Of a stretch of DNA of 64,000 nt, positions 1 to 13,602 are shown one piece after another. The stretch's first letter is position 1. Each line of letters starts with the position of its first letter. Below the pieces are notes generated by a model, which saw only the letters and a program-made list of their open reading frames with translations, ran no database searches and was not told where the DNA came from. Source of the stretch: Vicugna vicugna (taxonomy: Eukaryota); contig MU058221.1 of assembly GCA_013265495.1 (NCBI GenBank), positions 5,440,066 to 5,504,065 of the forward strand. The letters run 5' to 3'. Made by a program: the position numbers and the translations under genes.

Positions 1-1859
1 GTCACCTTGTAGGGATAACATGACTAGAAAATATCAGTTGATAGCGTTTGTGAGGTCCTGGATGAACAAGTGGTCAAAGCTTTATCATCAGAGAGCTGTC
101 AGCCCTTAGAGAAATGGTCTCCAGCTTCACTTTTCAATCAAATTTCACATTATCACACATCAGAGCCACAAAGATTGAAATGTCATCCATGACAAACACT
201 TTGGAAGCAAAGTTTTTAAAAATGGAGGAAAAAGAGAAACGCATATTTAATGATTATAGGCCAAGCCACCACCTGCAGTTCATTGCTCTCTGCCAGGTGG
301 CCTTTTTTTTTTTTTCTTGAATCATCACTAATACATGTTTATATGGGTTATTTTCTGTTGCTATTTAATCAATGGCAAAGAAGGACCTGGCATGCTGTTC
401 TCCATCTCCTAGAACCTATCACTAGTGTGTTCTTTATTTTTTGAATGAGAAACTTCGTTTTGAAGTTTTGAGGGAAGCATCTCCAATGAACTGATGCATT
501 TCAAGACTTACCCGTCACATAAATCAAGAGATGGATGTACCTGCTCAGTGAAAATTCAAATATAGGTATGAGTGAGTTAGGAAGTGAAAATTTCCCCACA
601 ATAATGCTTTCTAGATATGATTGATAAGTTTCTAGTCCTCAGTACATTTTTCCAGATTTTGTCTGTGCTTGTGTGTACACACACACACACACGCGCACTG
701 CAGGATGTTACTCATGGTGCTGTAAGATTGACCTCTTTCACTTGCCTTGTCTTGGACGTCTTTTCACATCAGTTCATAGAGATCCACTGTGTGAGAGGAC
801 TTTTTAAAGTGATTTGTCAGACTCAGTAAAGTGTAGTGATTCCAAGGGGCTGCTGAACTTGACTTTCTTCCCATCATCCCAGGACAATAGAAAAGAATTT
901 CTCCAACTCTTGGGAAATGGCCGACTCTTCTCTGAGATCATCCCACGCTCACTTCCCACAACCCACACCCCGTCTGCCCGGCCCTGCTGCATGCAGATCC
1001 CCACAGTCCTGACCACACACACCCGCCTGGCCCGAAAGGGGAGCCCAGGCAGACCCAGTTTATTGACTGACCACCTTCCTTACAGGAAAAGTCTGAGTTC
1101 TAGAGAAAAATTAATTCACTCCAAAATATACAAAGAAAACCTGCATAATCGAAATGAATAAATGTTTAATTAAATGTCTACAAAGTAGACCATCATGTCA
1201 ATTTCATTAATTGATAAATAATGAAATAATTAGTATTTGTGTTAATTTCATTACATCTGAAAAGTGAAGGTCACATTTCCTCCTCTGCAAGAGTGGGTGG
1301 AGATTGCCAAGAAATAACGCATGTGGCTTATATCTTATTGTTTTAAAAAGCAAAATTTTTAAAACCACCTAAAATATTTTACAATTAGAAAACATACACA
1401 TGTGTATGTGAGTACTTTCTGTGGATGTGTACTTGCATCTGTCATAGTCAGGGTGGGTTGTGCTTGATGGGTTATTGGGACAGAGTCTTTGAAAGAAAGC
1501 GGAGGGTCCAGGGGCTGCCCAGGTCTTCGTGGGGCCCAGGCCACCCCCCGGAGCCCTGCGCTCGGCCAGCATCCCATTCTGCAGTCAGGAGACAGAAGTC
1601 GTGCCAAGTTCAGAGGAAGTTCTTTTGAATAACCTCTTAAAATAAAAGTCCCTAGCGTGCAGGGCAGGATATTAGTGGTCTGGGGACTAGGAGATTCAGA
1701 GGCAGAATTTAGACAGCAGACAGAAGTGGAATCCCACAGCCTGGAAAGTGACCTCTAGAAAAATGTCAAGTTCTGTCATTAGTGCCAATGCCTTTACTGG
1801 CCTAGGTCCCCACTGAACTTCAGTGCGAGTAGCTTCAGCAGAAAAATTGTTCTTTTATT

Positions 1860-1926
1860 CTTAAAAAAAAATTCCAGTGTTAACGTGTAATAAATTGCAT
1901 GTATCTTAGGAGTGTGGTCTAATGAC

Positions 1927-1961
<35 letters not shown>

Positions 1962-2210
1962 CCCCAGGTTAGCACCATCCAGATCAATACACAGACTATT
2001 TCCATCACTCCAGAAGTCTCCCTCTGTCCCCTCCCAGGTAAAATCCTCCCCTCCAAGGTGACCGCCATTCTGATTTCTGTCACCATAGATCAGTTTTGCC
2101 TGTTTTTGAACTTCATATAAATGGAATCAGACAGGATGTCCTCTTTTGTCTGACATCTGTTGCGCAACATGGCATCTGTAAGATTCGTCTCTCTTGCTGG
2201 AAGTGAAAAC
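1860..2210 (-). mobile_element. Old L1 (L1M-type) 3' end fragment
   Basis: Typical antisense L1M 3' motifs: tttccatcactccagaa, cagttttgcctgtttttgaacttcatataaatggaatca. Confidence 0.75.
1931..1958. repeat. (TG)14 microsatellite
   Basis: Direct count. Confidence 0.95.
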
Positions 2211-5200
2211 AGGCCATTCGGGCGTTCACAGTGACCAATTTGCACGTGGCCAGGCTCGCCTATTATCCCACAGTCCCTTTCTAGATCATGCAATTATCGC
2301 TCATCCTCTCCCCTCACGGCACACAGCTGTCTAAAGGGACATGTGCAAATCAATTTTTTACAACGCAAATGTAATTTTTTTTCCTGAGTACTGAAGTTAC
2401 ACATGCACATTAAAAAAGAAAAGAAATTCCAGCTTTGAGACCCTTGAGTGGCTCACACAGACACATCCATGGGCTGGGCAGTGGTCTTTGACGTGCGTAG
2501 CCTGGCTCAGAAAAACAAACTGGGTCAGGTACATTCTCATTTTCAGGACTGTGGCTTCTAGTGCTCAAGGGACATTGCCTTTGGCAGAGACACTGGTCCC
2601 ACTTGGACTGTGTGGGGTGCTGCCCAGACCCTCCTCCAGAACCGGAGGGCTTATCTCCCCAACTGCCAGTCTTCTTGTTTCAACTCAGCTCTCAGAGGCC
2701 AGCCCAGTTTCTCCCACTGCTCATTTCTGCTTCTTCCTTTGCCCCTTCCCCGTCCCACGGGCATAAGTAACCCCAGGGCACAGCCCAGCAAACTCCCTGC
2801 TCACAGACCTCCGTCTCAGAGTCTGTTTCCCGGTAGACCAACCCGGCACAGGTGGAAGGAAGGCTGATGCAGAAGAATCAGGTGCGCCTCCCACAGGTCT
2901 TTCCCTTCTGATCCTGCTGAGTCCTGTATCATCTTCAGGGCTGGGGGAAAAAGAAGGTTCTTCACCCCTCACCCACCCCTCACACTCCTGCACTTCCATC
3001 CTAGAGAGTTGCTTACCTGGCACGCAAGGTCGCCAAAGGAAAAAGACAAGTTTTGCAGGCAGGCAAGGCCAGATCTAGTAATACACATGTGAGCCTTAGT
3101 TTCTTTATCTGTAAACTGGGCCTTTGCCAAGGTCACTGCACCCCCTATGTCTTTCCCATCACCCTCCATTTCCCCCTACAGGCCCCGTTTCCACCATCCC
3201 TTATGTGGTCTCCCCTCCCTAACCCACCCTCCACATTTCACCCAGCAGCACTGGCCAGTGCCATAGGGGTGACACAGCAGGGCACAGGTTCATACTGGAT
3301 ACATGTGACATTTGACTGGGGAAAGTGGCATTGACGACTGCTCTCACCATTAGCCATTTCATGACAGTTGTGTGAGAGCATTGCTCCTGGTCGGAGCTCT
3401 TTAGCAGAAGGGGCTTTCTGAAGCCCCTTTAATTCCATAGTGTCTCCCTGACCCCACTCAGACCTTCAGAGGTCTCCCCCACTTGCCCAACAAAGTCTAG
3501 ATTCGTGAGCCCAGTACAGGGTCCTGTGATCTGTCAGAACCTCATCTCCCATTACGATGCCCCCACACCCCCAGATTCCATGGACATTCCCACTTCTTCA
3601 CCTTTGCTCCTGTGGACCCTGCCCACTGGGGCCCCGCTCATACACCGGCCCTTCTACGAAGCCTTCCTAGAACTCCCAGGCTACTGCTGAAGCATCTTGT
3701 TTGTACCCTGAGGACAGCATCTGCCAGTAGCTGCCCTGGGCTAAGGGTTAACTAGGTTAACTAGGTTAACTAGCTACAATGCTGCTCTGGATTCAAAAAG
3801 GGCAGCGGGGAAGGGAGTGGCATGTCTTCATGGCTTGGTAACCTGTAAAATGCCTCCCATTTCTCCAAACTTGGCACCAACACTTATCATTCCCCCAGAT
3901 AGGTCAATGAGTCAGTAGCGGAGAGAGTTAATTTGTTGGCTTAGGTTTGGGAAAAATGCACAGAAAAGTGTGTGTCACCTGGCTGCCCTGACAGAGGGCA
4001 CTCCTGACAGTGCCCTCCTGGAGAATGCTCCCCACTCCTCCCCCTCTTCCTCCAGTGGGGCAGTGGGCTGGGGAGACAGTCCCACAGCACAGCGCTGGGC
4101 GCGTTTGCAGGGCCAGAGTGGGTGGTTCCCCACCTTGGGGGAGAGGCTGGGGTTCAAGGACTCCCACAGACTGTCTCCATTGACAGTTGTGGCCCAGTTG
4201 GGTCTGGGTGCCATGGAAACCTCCCTGGGAGCAGAGAGGGACAGCAACAGCCCAGGCCTCCCACACTGAGCCCATTGTCCTCTGAGCCGGCCCCCCTGAG
4301 AGGCCCCTTGTCACCCCTCTGCCGGGTCTCAGCTCCCGGCTCCCCATGCTTTCCTCCTGCTGGCCCCATCCATCCAGGAGCCACCAGGGTCTTACCTGCC
4401 TCAGGACTCACCTCCCATCCTGCCCTCTCTACACCCCGTGAACTCTTAGGCAGCCCAGTAGCGAGGCCAGAGAGCTCATTTTCTGAGCTGCCCTGAGCCC
4501 TGAGGGTGGAGGGCGCCAGAGGCAGTCAGTTCTGAGCACTGCCGTCTCCCCTTTGAATCTGCAAAGAAGAAAGTCTGTCCTAGGGTTGGGGCAGCTTCAC
4601 GCCCAGAGTGTGCCAAGTGCTGGCCTGGCGGTGGAAGGCGGGCTCAGGAGCTGGCCTTAGGGCACTGGAATAAATCCTGGGCCACCCAGGTCCTGGTTCT
4701 GCTGCAAGCCCCGCCCACTCCCTTCTCCTCACTCAAGTCCTGGAAACTTCCCTAGAAGCTGCTCCCCGGGGTCCCTCCTCCCACCTCCGCCCTCTCCGGT
4801 CTCCTGGCGGGAGCTAAGGCCCAGCTGCCCGAATCCCAGGGGAGAATGAAAAGAGACCTGAGAAATCTGAGCCCCAGGCCCTCCGCCTCTCCATCCCCAT
4901 TTGCCATTTTCTAGAGAAGCAGCGGATGCTAGCGAGAGGGACTTCCCAGATCACAGGCCCGGCCCCACCCAGGAGCCTGCCTCTTGCCCCAGCACTATTT
5001 CACCATGTGGGCCAGGAGGCAAACAGATCCCTGGAAGCAGCAAACCCGCAGGGGTTGGAAGGCCTCAAACCAGCCCAGTCCAAAGTGGTAGTGTCAACGG
5101 CTGGAAGGAAGGGCTTGTGATCTGCCTCCAGGCAAAGCCCCTGAAGCCCCTCAGCCTGGAGTTGGGGGGCGAGGGTGGGGTGGGGCGGGGAGCCACATGG

Positions 5201-5324
5201 GCAGAGAGAGGAGCCTGGGCTTCCAGCCAGAGCTGTGGGGTCTCCGATCCCAGCTGAGTGACCTGGGAGAAGTTAGGGAACCTCCCTCAGTTTCAGATTT
5301 ACCACCTATAAAAAGAGAGCAGCT

Positions 5325-6085
5325 ACTGTGTAACAAAGGGGACTGTATTCAATACCTTGTAACGGCCTATAATAGAGAAGAATACGCATTGTTAACTGAC
5401 TATATCGCAATAAAAAAGAATATGAAAAGGAATGTATAAGGAATATGAAAAGGAATATAGAATATGACATCAAGAATATGGAAAAGAAAAAACAGTAATA
5501 ATAAAATAATACCACTTGCAGCAACATGGATGGACATGGAGATTATCATTCTAAGTGAAGTAAGCCAGAAGGAGAAAGAAAAATACCACATATCATTTAT
5601 ACGTGGAATTTAAAAAAAAGACAAACAAACTTACTTATGAAACAGAAACAGACTCACAGACACAGAAAACAAACATACGGTTACCGGGGTTGGGGGGAAA
5701 GAGGGGTGGGAAGGGATAAATTGGCAATTCAAGATTTACAGATACTAACTAACATGTATATACTAGATAAACAGTAAGTTTATACGGTATAGCACAGGGA
5801 ACCACATTCAATATCTTGTAGTAACTTACGGTGAAAAAGAATATGAAAACAAATCTATGTATGCTCCTATATGACTGAAGCATTGTGCTGTACACCAGAA
5901 GTTGACATAACATTGTAAACTGACAATACTTCAATAAAAATGTATATACACAAAGAAAAAAAAAGAATATGGAAAGGAATATATGTATATATACATATAT
6001 ATGTATCACTGAATCACTATGCTGTACACCAGAAATAAACCCAATGTTATAAACCGATCGTACTTCAATAAAATAAGTAGATAAA
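5325..6085 (+). mobile_element. Nested cluster of L1 3' ends
   Basis: ORF2 C-terminal motif gcaacatggatggac...attctaagtgaagtaagccaga, plus three L1-type 3' termini ending in caataaaa at ~5415, ~5940 and ~6075. Confidence 0.85.
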
Positions 6086-7529
6086 TAGACACAAATAAGA
6101 AAGAGAGCAGTAAAGACTTTCCACACACCGTGCTGGGATGCGGGAAGGGCTTGGCAGGACAGGAAGCAGAAAGCATTCAGCAGGGCGCGGAGGGAGAGCA
6201 TGGGCTGGGCGGACCATGTGAATGGATGGTAGCTCATGGCGCTACTCATTTGACCTTTTACCCCCAGAACCCTGGGCAGCGGCTTAGGTGCTTGGGGATA
6301 AAAAAGCCACAGGGAGCAAAGAGAGAGCCTTCAGGTGACCCCCAGAAAGGCCCCCCCGAAGCAGGAGTCCCCGGCCTGGGAGAATGAGGCCACAAATGGT
6401 CGAGATGCGGAGGGCGTGTGCCCCCCAGCAAGGGGCCCCCCTAACATTCCCGTTGGGATATTACACGGGCGGCCATTTCGTTCCTGGAATGTCCAGGAAG
6501 AGCAAACTAGTTACTCGGAGGGAAACTGCAGCCTGGCTAAGGTGGGTTGGGTGGATCCGCTTTAAATTAAACACTGAGATTCTGAGATTCATCTCCTGCT
6601 CCGTGGAGACATTACTTCACCTCAACTTTCTGCTCTGAGGTGGGGGAGTGGGCCTGGCGGTGGGACGAGATAGGGGGGTCTGAGAGCCCCGCCCTGGGCT
6701 GCTGGGGGCCCGAGGTGCCAGGCCATCCTCGTCCAACAACTCGGTCCACCTCTGGGGCTGGGGGTGCTGGAATTGAGGGGCGCAGGGAGCACCCCTGTGT
6801 GCAGTCAACCCTTCTCTTGGCATTTAGCTGAAGAATTGCGATATTTGCAAATACACCGCTTTCCTAGGAATACTTGAAAGAAACTTGGCAGCAAGCCCAG
6901 GGTTGGTCCCTTTCCAGTATTTAGGCGCTGGGTGGCCGTGCCTGCCTGCCGGCTCCTCCCAGAACCCTAACGTGCTTGCCTTCGTTTAGCTGGCAAACTG
7001 ACTCGGAGAGGCCAGCGTCCCCACGGGTGTCATGGTCAAGGGTGGAGTTCCCTTCTGGTTTTGCAAATTGCTTTTGGCCAGCCATGTCAGCTTGTGGAAT
7101 CCTAGAAAATTCCAGAGTGCTGGAGTCAGGCAGACCTGAGCGTGAGTCCCAGCTCGGTGAAGATTGCCTAATCCTGCTCAGACCTTGAATGGCCTCCTCT
7201 TTAAGATGAGGGTAAGGCTACTTACCTTTCAGGGTTGTTACTGTGGATGAAACGAAATTAGTGTGCTCAAGGTTCTTTTGTTTCAAGTAAAGTGTACCCA
7301 AGTTCTTTGGTTGTAACAAGTAGAAACTTCCTCAAGCCACCTTATATAAAAGGAAAATTCCTTGTCTGGAATTAAGGAACATTCACAAAAACAGGCCACC
7401 AGGCCTCTCAGAAAACTGCAAAGAGATTTGCAGTGTCCCTCGTCCTGCTCTGTCTTCATGTGTTCTTGGGTGCCTATTTCTCTGAGCCTCGGCGAGTCTC
7501 CTCTCTGCAGACCAGCTTTCAAAGAGAAA

Positions 7530-7693
7530 GACCCAGAAGCTGGAAAAGAGAAGGCAACATTTTCCCCGGAGCTTCTAGAAGAAGAGTGGGAAGCGTGAGC
7601 CCTACCGACTCATCGATTTGAGCCCAGGAAGACCCATTCTAGACTTCTGTCCCCGGGAACTGCTGGATATTAAATGTGCGTTGTTTGAAGCCA
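7530..7693 (+). mobile_element. MaLR (MLT1-like) LTR fragment
   Basis: ccagaagctggaaaaga...ttccccggagcttctagaag...agacttctg...tgttgtttgaagcca pattern. Confidence 0.65.
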
Positions 7694-7879
7694 AAAAAAC
7701 TAAAAAACAAAAACAAAACCCACAACAAAACAAAATAAAAGACAAAAAGAAAGACCTCTTTACTCATCAGCCTTGGCTTTATGTCATTTCCTTACGCTAG
7801 GTCCATAGCTGGTGTTCAGGAAAGGACAAATGGTTTCTACTGTGTTGCTTTGATTTGAATGTCAGTATTAACGTGCTGA

Positions 7880-8350
7880 ATATTCTGTGTGTCCCTCCAG
7901 ATCTGCTCCCCTTTCTCCTCCCCCTTGCTCTGTCCCCAGGGGCTGACCTGTGTGGACTGTCAGTCTGTTGAGCTCCCTCTTTTCCTGGCTTCTAGTGACT
8001 TCAGCCCATCGTGGACATCAGCAGGAAACAGGACGGCAGGAGGAAAAGAGTCAAGAGTCTTGTCATTCGGGGATGGGCTGGGCGTCGTGTGGCTGGTTCC
8101 TACGCTGAAGGCCACAGCAGCTCCCCAGCAAGCCCCGTCCTTCAGCTACGGGCCTCCCTGGGTCCTCATAATCATAATCTCTCCTGGTCCCGCCAAGCAG
8201 ACCGTGCCGATGGCTCTCCATCTCACTGTCCTGGAGGTGCTCCACCATCCTTGCTGGTGTCCTTTCATCTTGTGTCTTCACAAATAGCCTGTTTTATTCT
8301 CTCCAGTAACAGAGCTATAAATATGTTGCTATCTCTTTTCTGCTGGGACT
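7880..8350. mobile_element. ERVL solo LTR (LTR33-like)
   Basis: tccagatctgctcccc...ctctgtccccaggggctgacctgtgtggactg resembles recalled LTR33 consensus; boundaries approximate. Confidence 0.55.
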
Positions 8351-11300
8351 CTGTTGATACAATAAGGACAATGGGAAAGTGTGTTTCCCTGCCCCAACTT
8401 CCACTCTGGCTCCTGCAGGAAGTGGATAAAGAGCTAGAAGTTCTTTGAGATAAAAATTATAATAAGATACCCAGAACTGAGAAGACAGCCAGGATTCTGC
8501 TGGCAGGGAAACATAACACACGCACACTGGGAGGAGTTCTTTCTCTTGTGAGAAGCTCTCCGTTTTCCTGGGAGAATGTGATCCACATAAAAGAGCTGGA
8601 AATAGGAATATGCAGGGAGGGAAGGCTCATGATGTATTCCAGGATTTGGGTGTGAGTGGCCGTGATGGGGAACCCTAGAAGGGAAAACTCGTCTGTGGGA
8701 AATGCTTCCTTGGAATCCTTCCTGGAAATTCTCTGTGCTTGTCCGGAATGCATTTGGCTGCAAGTGACAGAAAATCCAAATGACTGGGCTTAAGTGATAA
8801 AGATGTCTAATTGCATCATATAACAAAGCCCTGGAGGAGTCCCAGGGTTGGCTCAGAAGTTTGTAGAAACAGGAAACGATATGAGCTACCTAGTCTTTAA
8901 TTCAGCCCTGGCTAGGAAAGTTTACTCCAATTTCAAGGCTGACGCCTAAGTCCACAGTCAATGATGGACGTTGACAGAATGGAAGTCAATGACACGGATA
9001 ACCAAAGGAAGACAAGTCCTGAGCCAGACATTGTATCTTGTTGGATAAATAAAAGGCTAGCAAATATCTACTTACCTGTTACCCTACAATGTAACTGAAA
9101 ACTCCATTGGTACAGTTTCATCATAAAATCAGTCTGTCTATTCACTTCTTAATGATGAAGGACAAAGTGTTTTCCTGAAATAGAAAGTTTGCTATAGTAG
9201 TTCCAAGAATCTTTGACTTACAAAACCTTGAGACCAGAACATGCCTGTTCCAGGAAAATTTGCCGCGACATTTGTTAGAAAACTGAGTGTGTTCACATAG
9301 AGTTGCAGATTCTACTTGAACAGGCATTCGAGCTTATCCCCCGGGTCCTGGTGATCGTTAACTTCCCTTGACCTCATTGATGGCAATCCCATTTACTCAA
9401 CTGATACATGAGGACTGTGCAGCTTTTCTCAAAACTTAGAAAACAGCGAAAGGCGTGGTCTTCTTCGTAAAATGTAAGGCTGAGGACAACAGATGAACTT
9501 CAGAATACAAGGCGGAAATGAAACCAGTTGCAACAGGCCCCACCATGTGGGCCACAGATGTCCCTCCGCGGCTCCCTGGTCTTTGCAGTGGCGGTGGGAC
9601 CGCTGTCTCAGCGCTGCACTCTCACGGGAAGTGAAGAACGAACACTGCCCTCCTCCGTGTATATAAAAAATGTATTTTCCCAGAAGCCACTCCCTCTTCA
9701 TTGGCCAGGGTCAAGAACAGATGGATTGGGGTTACGAATGGCTTTGACTAATCAGAGGATGGGCGTATTGCAGCCTGGTTGAAATTGGGGCTCTGTTAGT
9801 AAGGGAGGCAGGGGGCCGAGGGCTGCTGACCGCGTGGTGCACAGACCTGGCCTGCTTCTGGAAGCCCACACTAGAAGACACATCATGGGCAGAAAATGGA
9901 TGTGGAAAGATTCCATTTTTATGATGCAATAAACATTAAACGACTCTTCTGGGGAGTCAGGAGCCTCATAGAGAGTCAGCCACTCAGGATTACTTTTCAT
10001 GGAATTGGGGCTTGTGCACGGGTGGGCTTTGAACATAGACCTGGCCACTTCAGGGCACCAGGCACTCATTAGGGAGGCCACCCCCCCACCCCACCCCCAG
10101 GGCGCAGGCGCCTCACCTGCTCCCTGTGGCTCCACCCTCGACAGCCTTCTTAGCTGGACGAGAGGGACCTCCAGGAAGACACTGAGGAAGTGGAGAGGCC
10201 AGGACCCTCTGGGTGGGTCTCCTGGGAAGGCCTGTGAGGGGCCTGGGAAATGATCACAGGTTTTTTCCAGTCTTGGGAAACTCTCTGGAGGCCAGGCCTA
10301 GGTGGAGAGCTGGGCCCTGGGCCCCCTCAGGCCCTGAGCAGAACTGGGCTCAGCTTCCTTCTCTCCCAGCAGTAACAACATGTGACGGTCGCCATGGTGA
10401 GGGGACTGAACCCCAAGTGAACTGGCTGCAGGAAGTCCTGGCTTTGTTCTTGAGGCTGCAAGGCCCAGAGAGCAGGCACCCAAGCCATCCCTTTGCAGCC
10501 CAGTGTCGCCTCCCCCAGCCCTGTGCTCTCCCCCCCACCACAGGCAAACGGGGGGATGCACTGGCTGAAAGAGGCTCACACAGCCCTGCACCTGCTCACC
10601 TGCCTCCCCACCCAACCAGATGGATACCCTCTCAATACACAGCTGGTCCAGGATGGTCCTGCCACGGCCACTGGCCACGAACTCCTCACGTGCAGGAACA
10701 CATCTCGCAGGGCTGAGCACAGTGCAGGCTGAGAACCAGTGCCCAGTGGGGAGAGGCCACAATAGACAGTGTGGGAGCCGGGCTGGGGCAGGGTGTCCTT
10801 CAGCATCAGCCCTCAAGGAGCTCAGGCACATGGCACACGGCCGGATGGGCAGAGGCAGCCTCCCTGCCACACACACTCAGATACACCCCCACATTTACCA
10901 GAACTGTGCTCTACCAGGTACACTTGAGACTTACAGATATTTCCCACATTTAACCACTGCACCCTCTCCCCATCACACATACCCTCATCTGCTCTCAGTT
11001 TCCTGTATCACAGCTCTCAGTATCACATGCCCCCTGTCTCCCATCATAAGGCAAGTCAATGCCTCCCTTGCTCTAGCAGGCTTTGCAGGCCACAGAATGC
11101 ACTTGCTTCTCATTTTAAAGTGATGGCAGCCAGAGGATGGGTCTGACTTGCTCTGGGCCAGAAGAGAACCAGGTCACGGGACTACCCCTAGCTGCAAGGG
11201 AGTCTGGGAAACTGAATATTTTCCCCCGAGCACGTTGCCCTGCCCTGAGAAATCTGAATTTGCAGGATTGACGGTGGGGAGAATGGCTCTTGAGGAGGCC

Positions 11301-12244
11301 ACTGGCAGAGTCTTCAGTAGAAGCCTCGGAGGGTGGGGAGGAAGTAGCGGCCGCTGAGCACATTTATGGGAGAGAAACTATGCTAGCGCTTTGCACAGGA
11401 TCTGGTTCAGCAGGCCCGGGGTAGGGCCTGAGAATTTGCTCTTTAATAAATACCCACAGGAAGCTGAGGCTGCAGAAGGAAAACCACACCCTGAGTGGCC
11501 CTGAGCTGGGTTACACTGAGGAAATAAGCCGCCCCTAAGTTTTAGAAGCTTAAATGACAAAGGGTTGTTTCTCACTCATGCAACTTGTCCACTGTGAGTT
11601 GCTGGGGCCTTGCTCCCGGGAGCCAGGCGGCCAGAGCAGCTCCAGCCTGCAGCAGTGCCGGTGACCAGAGCAGAGGGGACGCAGCCACGGCAAAGCAGCA
11701 CCTGGCTCTTGCAAGGCTGCACGGCTGTGCCACATCAGGCAGGGAGAAGCTGGTATCGGTGAACGGTCCCGCAGGCTACCACGGGCTTTGTGAAAGAGAT
11801 GGGATTGGAGTTGGCTGGGCTTTGAAGCATGAACAGGGGCTTGCCGTGCAGAGAAACGGGAGGACATTCCAGGCTGAGGGAACACCATAAACAACTACCA
11901 CTGAGTGAGTGCCTGTTAGGTGCCGGCAGCTTTCAGATCGCTTCCCACTTGGCCCTCCCAAGAACCCTGCGATAGTGTCAGTCCGTTTCATAAAAGGGGA
12001 GGCTGTGGGTTTGAGCTCAGCTGAGCTGCTTGCTGAAGGTCACAGGGCCAGACAGTGGGAGCCCAGGAAATGGAACCCAGTGTCCAAGGCTTTCTCTCCC
12101 CTGTCACAGTGGAGTCAGGGCAGTTGTGTGTCTGCGTAGGGCGTTTGCAGAATGAGCTATATGCTGCTGTTTCCCTGGAACTGGTTCCAACATCCTGACG
12201 ATTCGAGGAGTAGGGAGAGGCAGTGGGAATCATTTCTGGATTGC

Positions 12245-12805
12245 AATTTTATTGTGATAGAGTATACATGACATAAAATTTACCATTTAAATCATTTCTA
12301 ATTGTATAGTTCAGTGGCATTAGGTACATTCACGTTGTTGGGCAACCATCAGCACCAGAACTTTCTCATCTTGCAAAACGGAGACTCTGTACCCATGAAA
12401 CACTGACTTCCCATTCCCCCTCCTGCCAGTCCGTGGCCACCACCATTCTGCTTTCTGTTTCTGTGAAGCTGATGGCTCTAGGTGCCTCATATAAGTGGAA
12501 TCATACAGTATTTGTCCTTGTGTGTCTGGCTTATTTCACTGAGCATAATGTCCTCAGTGTTCATCCATGTTGTGACATTTATTGAAACCTCATTCCTTTT
12601 TATAGCTGAATAATATTCCATTGCAGGTGGGTGCCCCATTTTATTTATTCATTCATCCCTTGATGGGTATTTGGGTTGTTTCCACCTCTTGGCTACTGTG
12701 ACTAATGCTCCTATGATCATGGGTGTGCAAATGTCTCTTTGAGTCCCCGCTTTGAATTCTTTCATGTATGTGCCCAGAAGTGGGGTTGCTGTGTCCAGAG
12801 GAATT
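12245..12805 (-). mobile_element. L1MB-like 3' fragment
   Basis: acataaaatttaccattt...tagttcagtggcatta...agtggaatcatacagtatttgtcc...ggcttatttcactgagcataatg; minus-strand ORFs show L1 ORF2 C-terminal-like peptides (PLLGTY, KRWKQPKYP). Confidence 0.88.
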
Positions 12806-13420
12806 TTTAACATCAAGGACTTTATATGGGTCAGAGGTGCTGGTGGGCTTTGCTGGGGTCCCAGAGGAAGTGCTGCCCACCAGCACTTTAGGAGAATGCC
12901 CAAGACCCTCCAGGTTCCTCATTGTCTCCCCTACAGAATGTCCTAGTCACCCATCACCTGCTGTGAAGGGAGGAGGGGTTGCAGGAGCCCTGACCTGCCA
13001 CCCGGGTGCAGAAAGGCTCTCTGCCTGGTTACTTAACTGTTTAACAGGCCCAGATCTTGCCCCGCAAGGAGCTGGGCAGATCTCCAGGGAGACCAGCCAT
13101 TAACCCTTCTAAGCCCCTCTTTTTCTCATCTATAAAGCCAAGGTGCTGGTTTTCACCCACTTACCTCACAGATTGTCTGGAGGTTCAAATGAACAAAGGG
13201 ATGTGAGGGACACAGAGATGCCGCCGCCTGCTGTAGACCCACCACTCCCACCCGGGCTGCCCTCCACACTCCCCTCTTGTTGGGTCAAACTGGGCCACTT
13301 GCAGGGGCGATGGTTTGGGAAGGCTGAGGCTGTTTCCACAAGGCCAGAAGAGCCCCCGGGGCTGAAATAGCTAAAAAGAGGACAGTGCGGTAAGAGCACT
13401 TCCTCATGACAGTTCTGGGG

Positions 13421-13602
13421 CAGTGGTTTGCAAACTAGAACATGACTGAGAATCCCCCAGAGGGCTTGTTAACACAGAGAATGGGCCCATCCCAGAGTTT
13501 CTGATTTAGGAAGTCTAGGAGGGGCCCGAGAATTTGCATTTCTACAAATTCTTGGGTGATACCGGGGTGCTGCTCTGGGGACCACACTTTGAGAACCGTG
13601 GC
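13421..13602. mobile_element. MER5A-like hAT element
   Basis: cagtggtttgcaaact...ggggcccgagaatttgcatttcta...ggaccacactttgagaacc. Related partial copies near 11395-11505 and 17457-17645. Confidence 0.8.

Noticed and set aside
1..1400. Possible exons of a neighbouring gene at the window start
   Set aside because: No recognisable protein similarity or convincing spliced frame found by eye; cannot exclude a non-coding exon.
5410..5490. CRISPR-like repeat-spacer array
   Set aside because: Short degenerate A-rich units inside L1 sequence with no regular spacers, in eukaryotic DNA.
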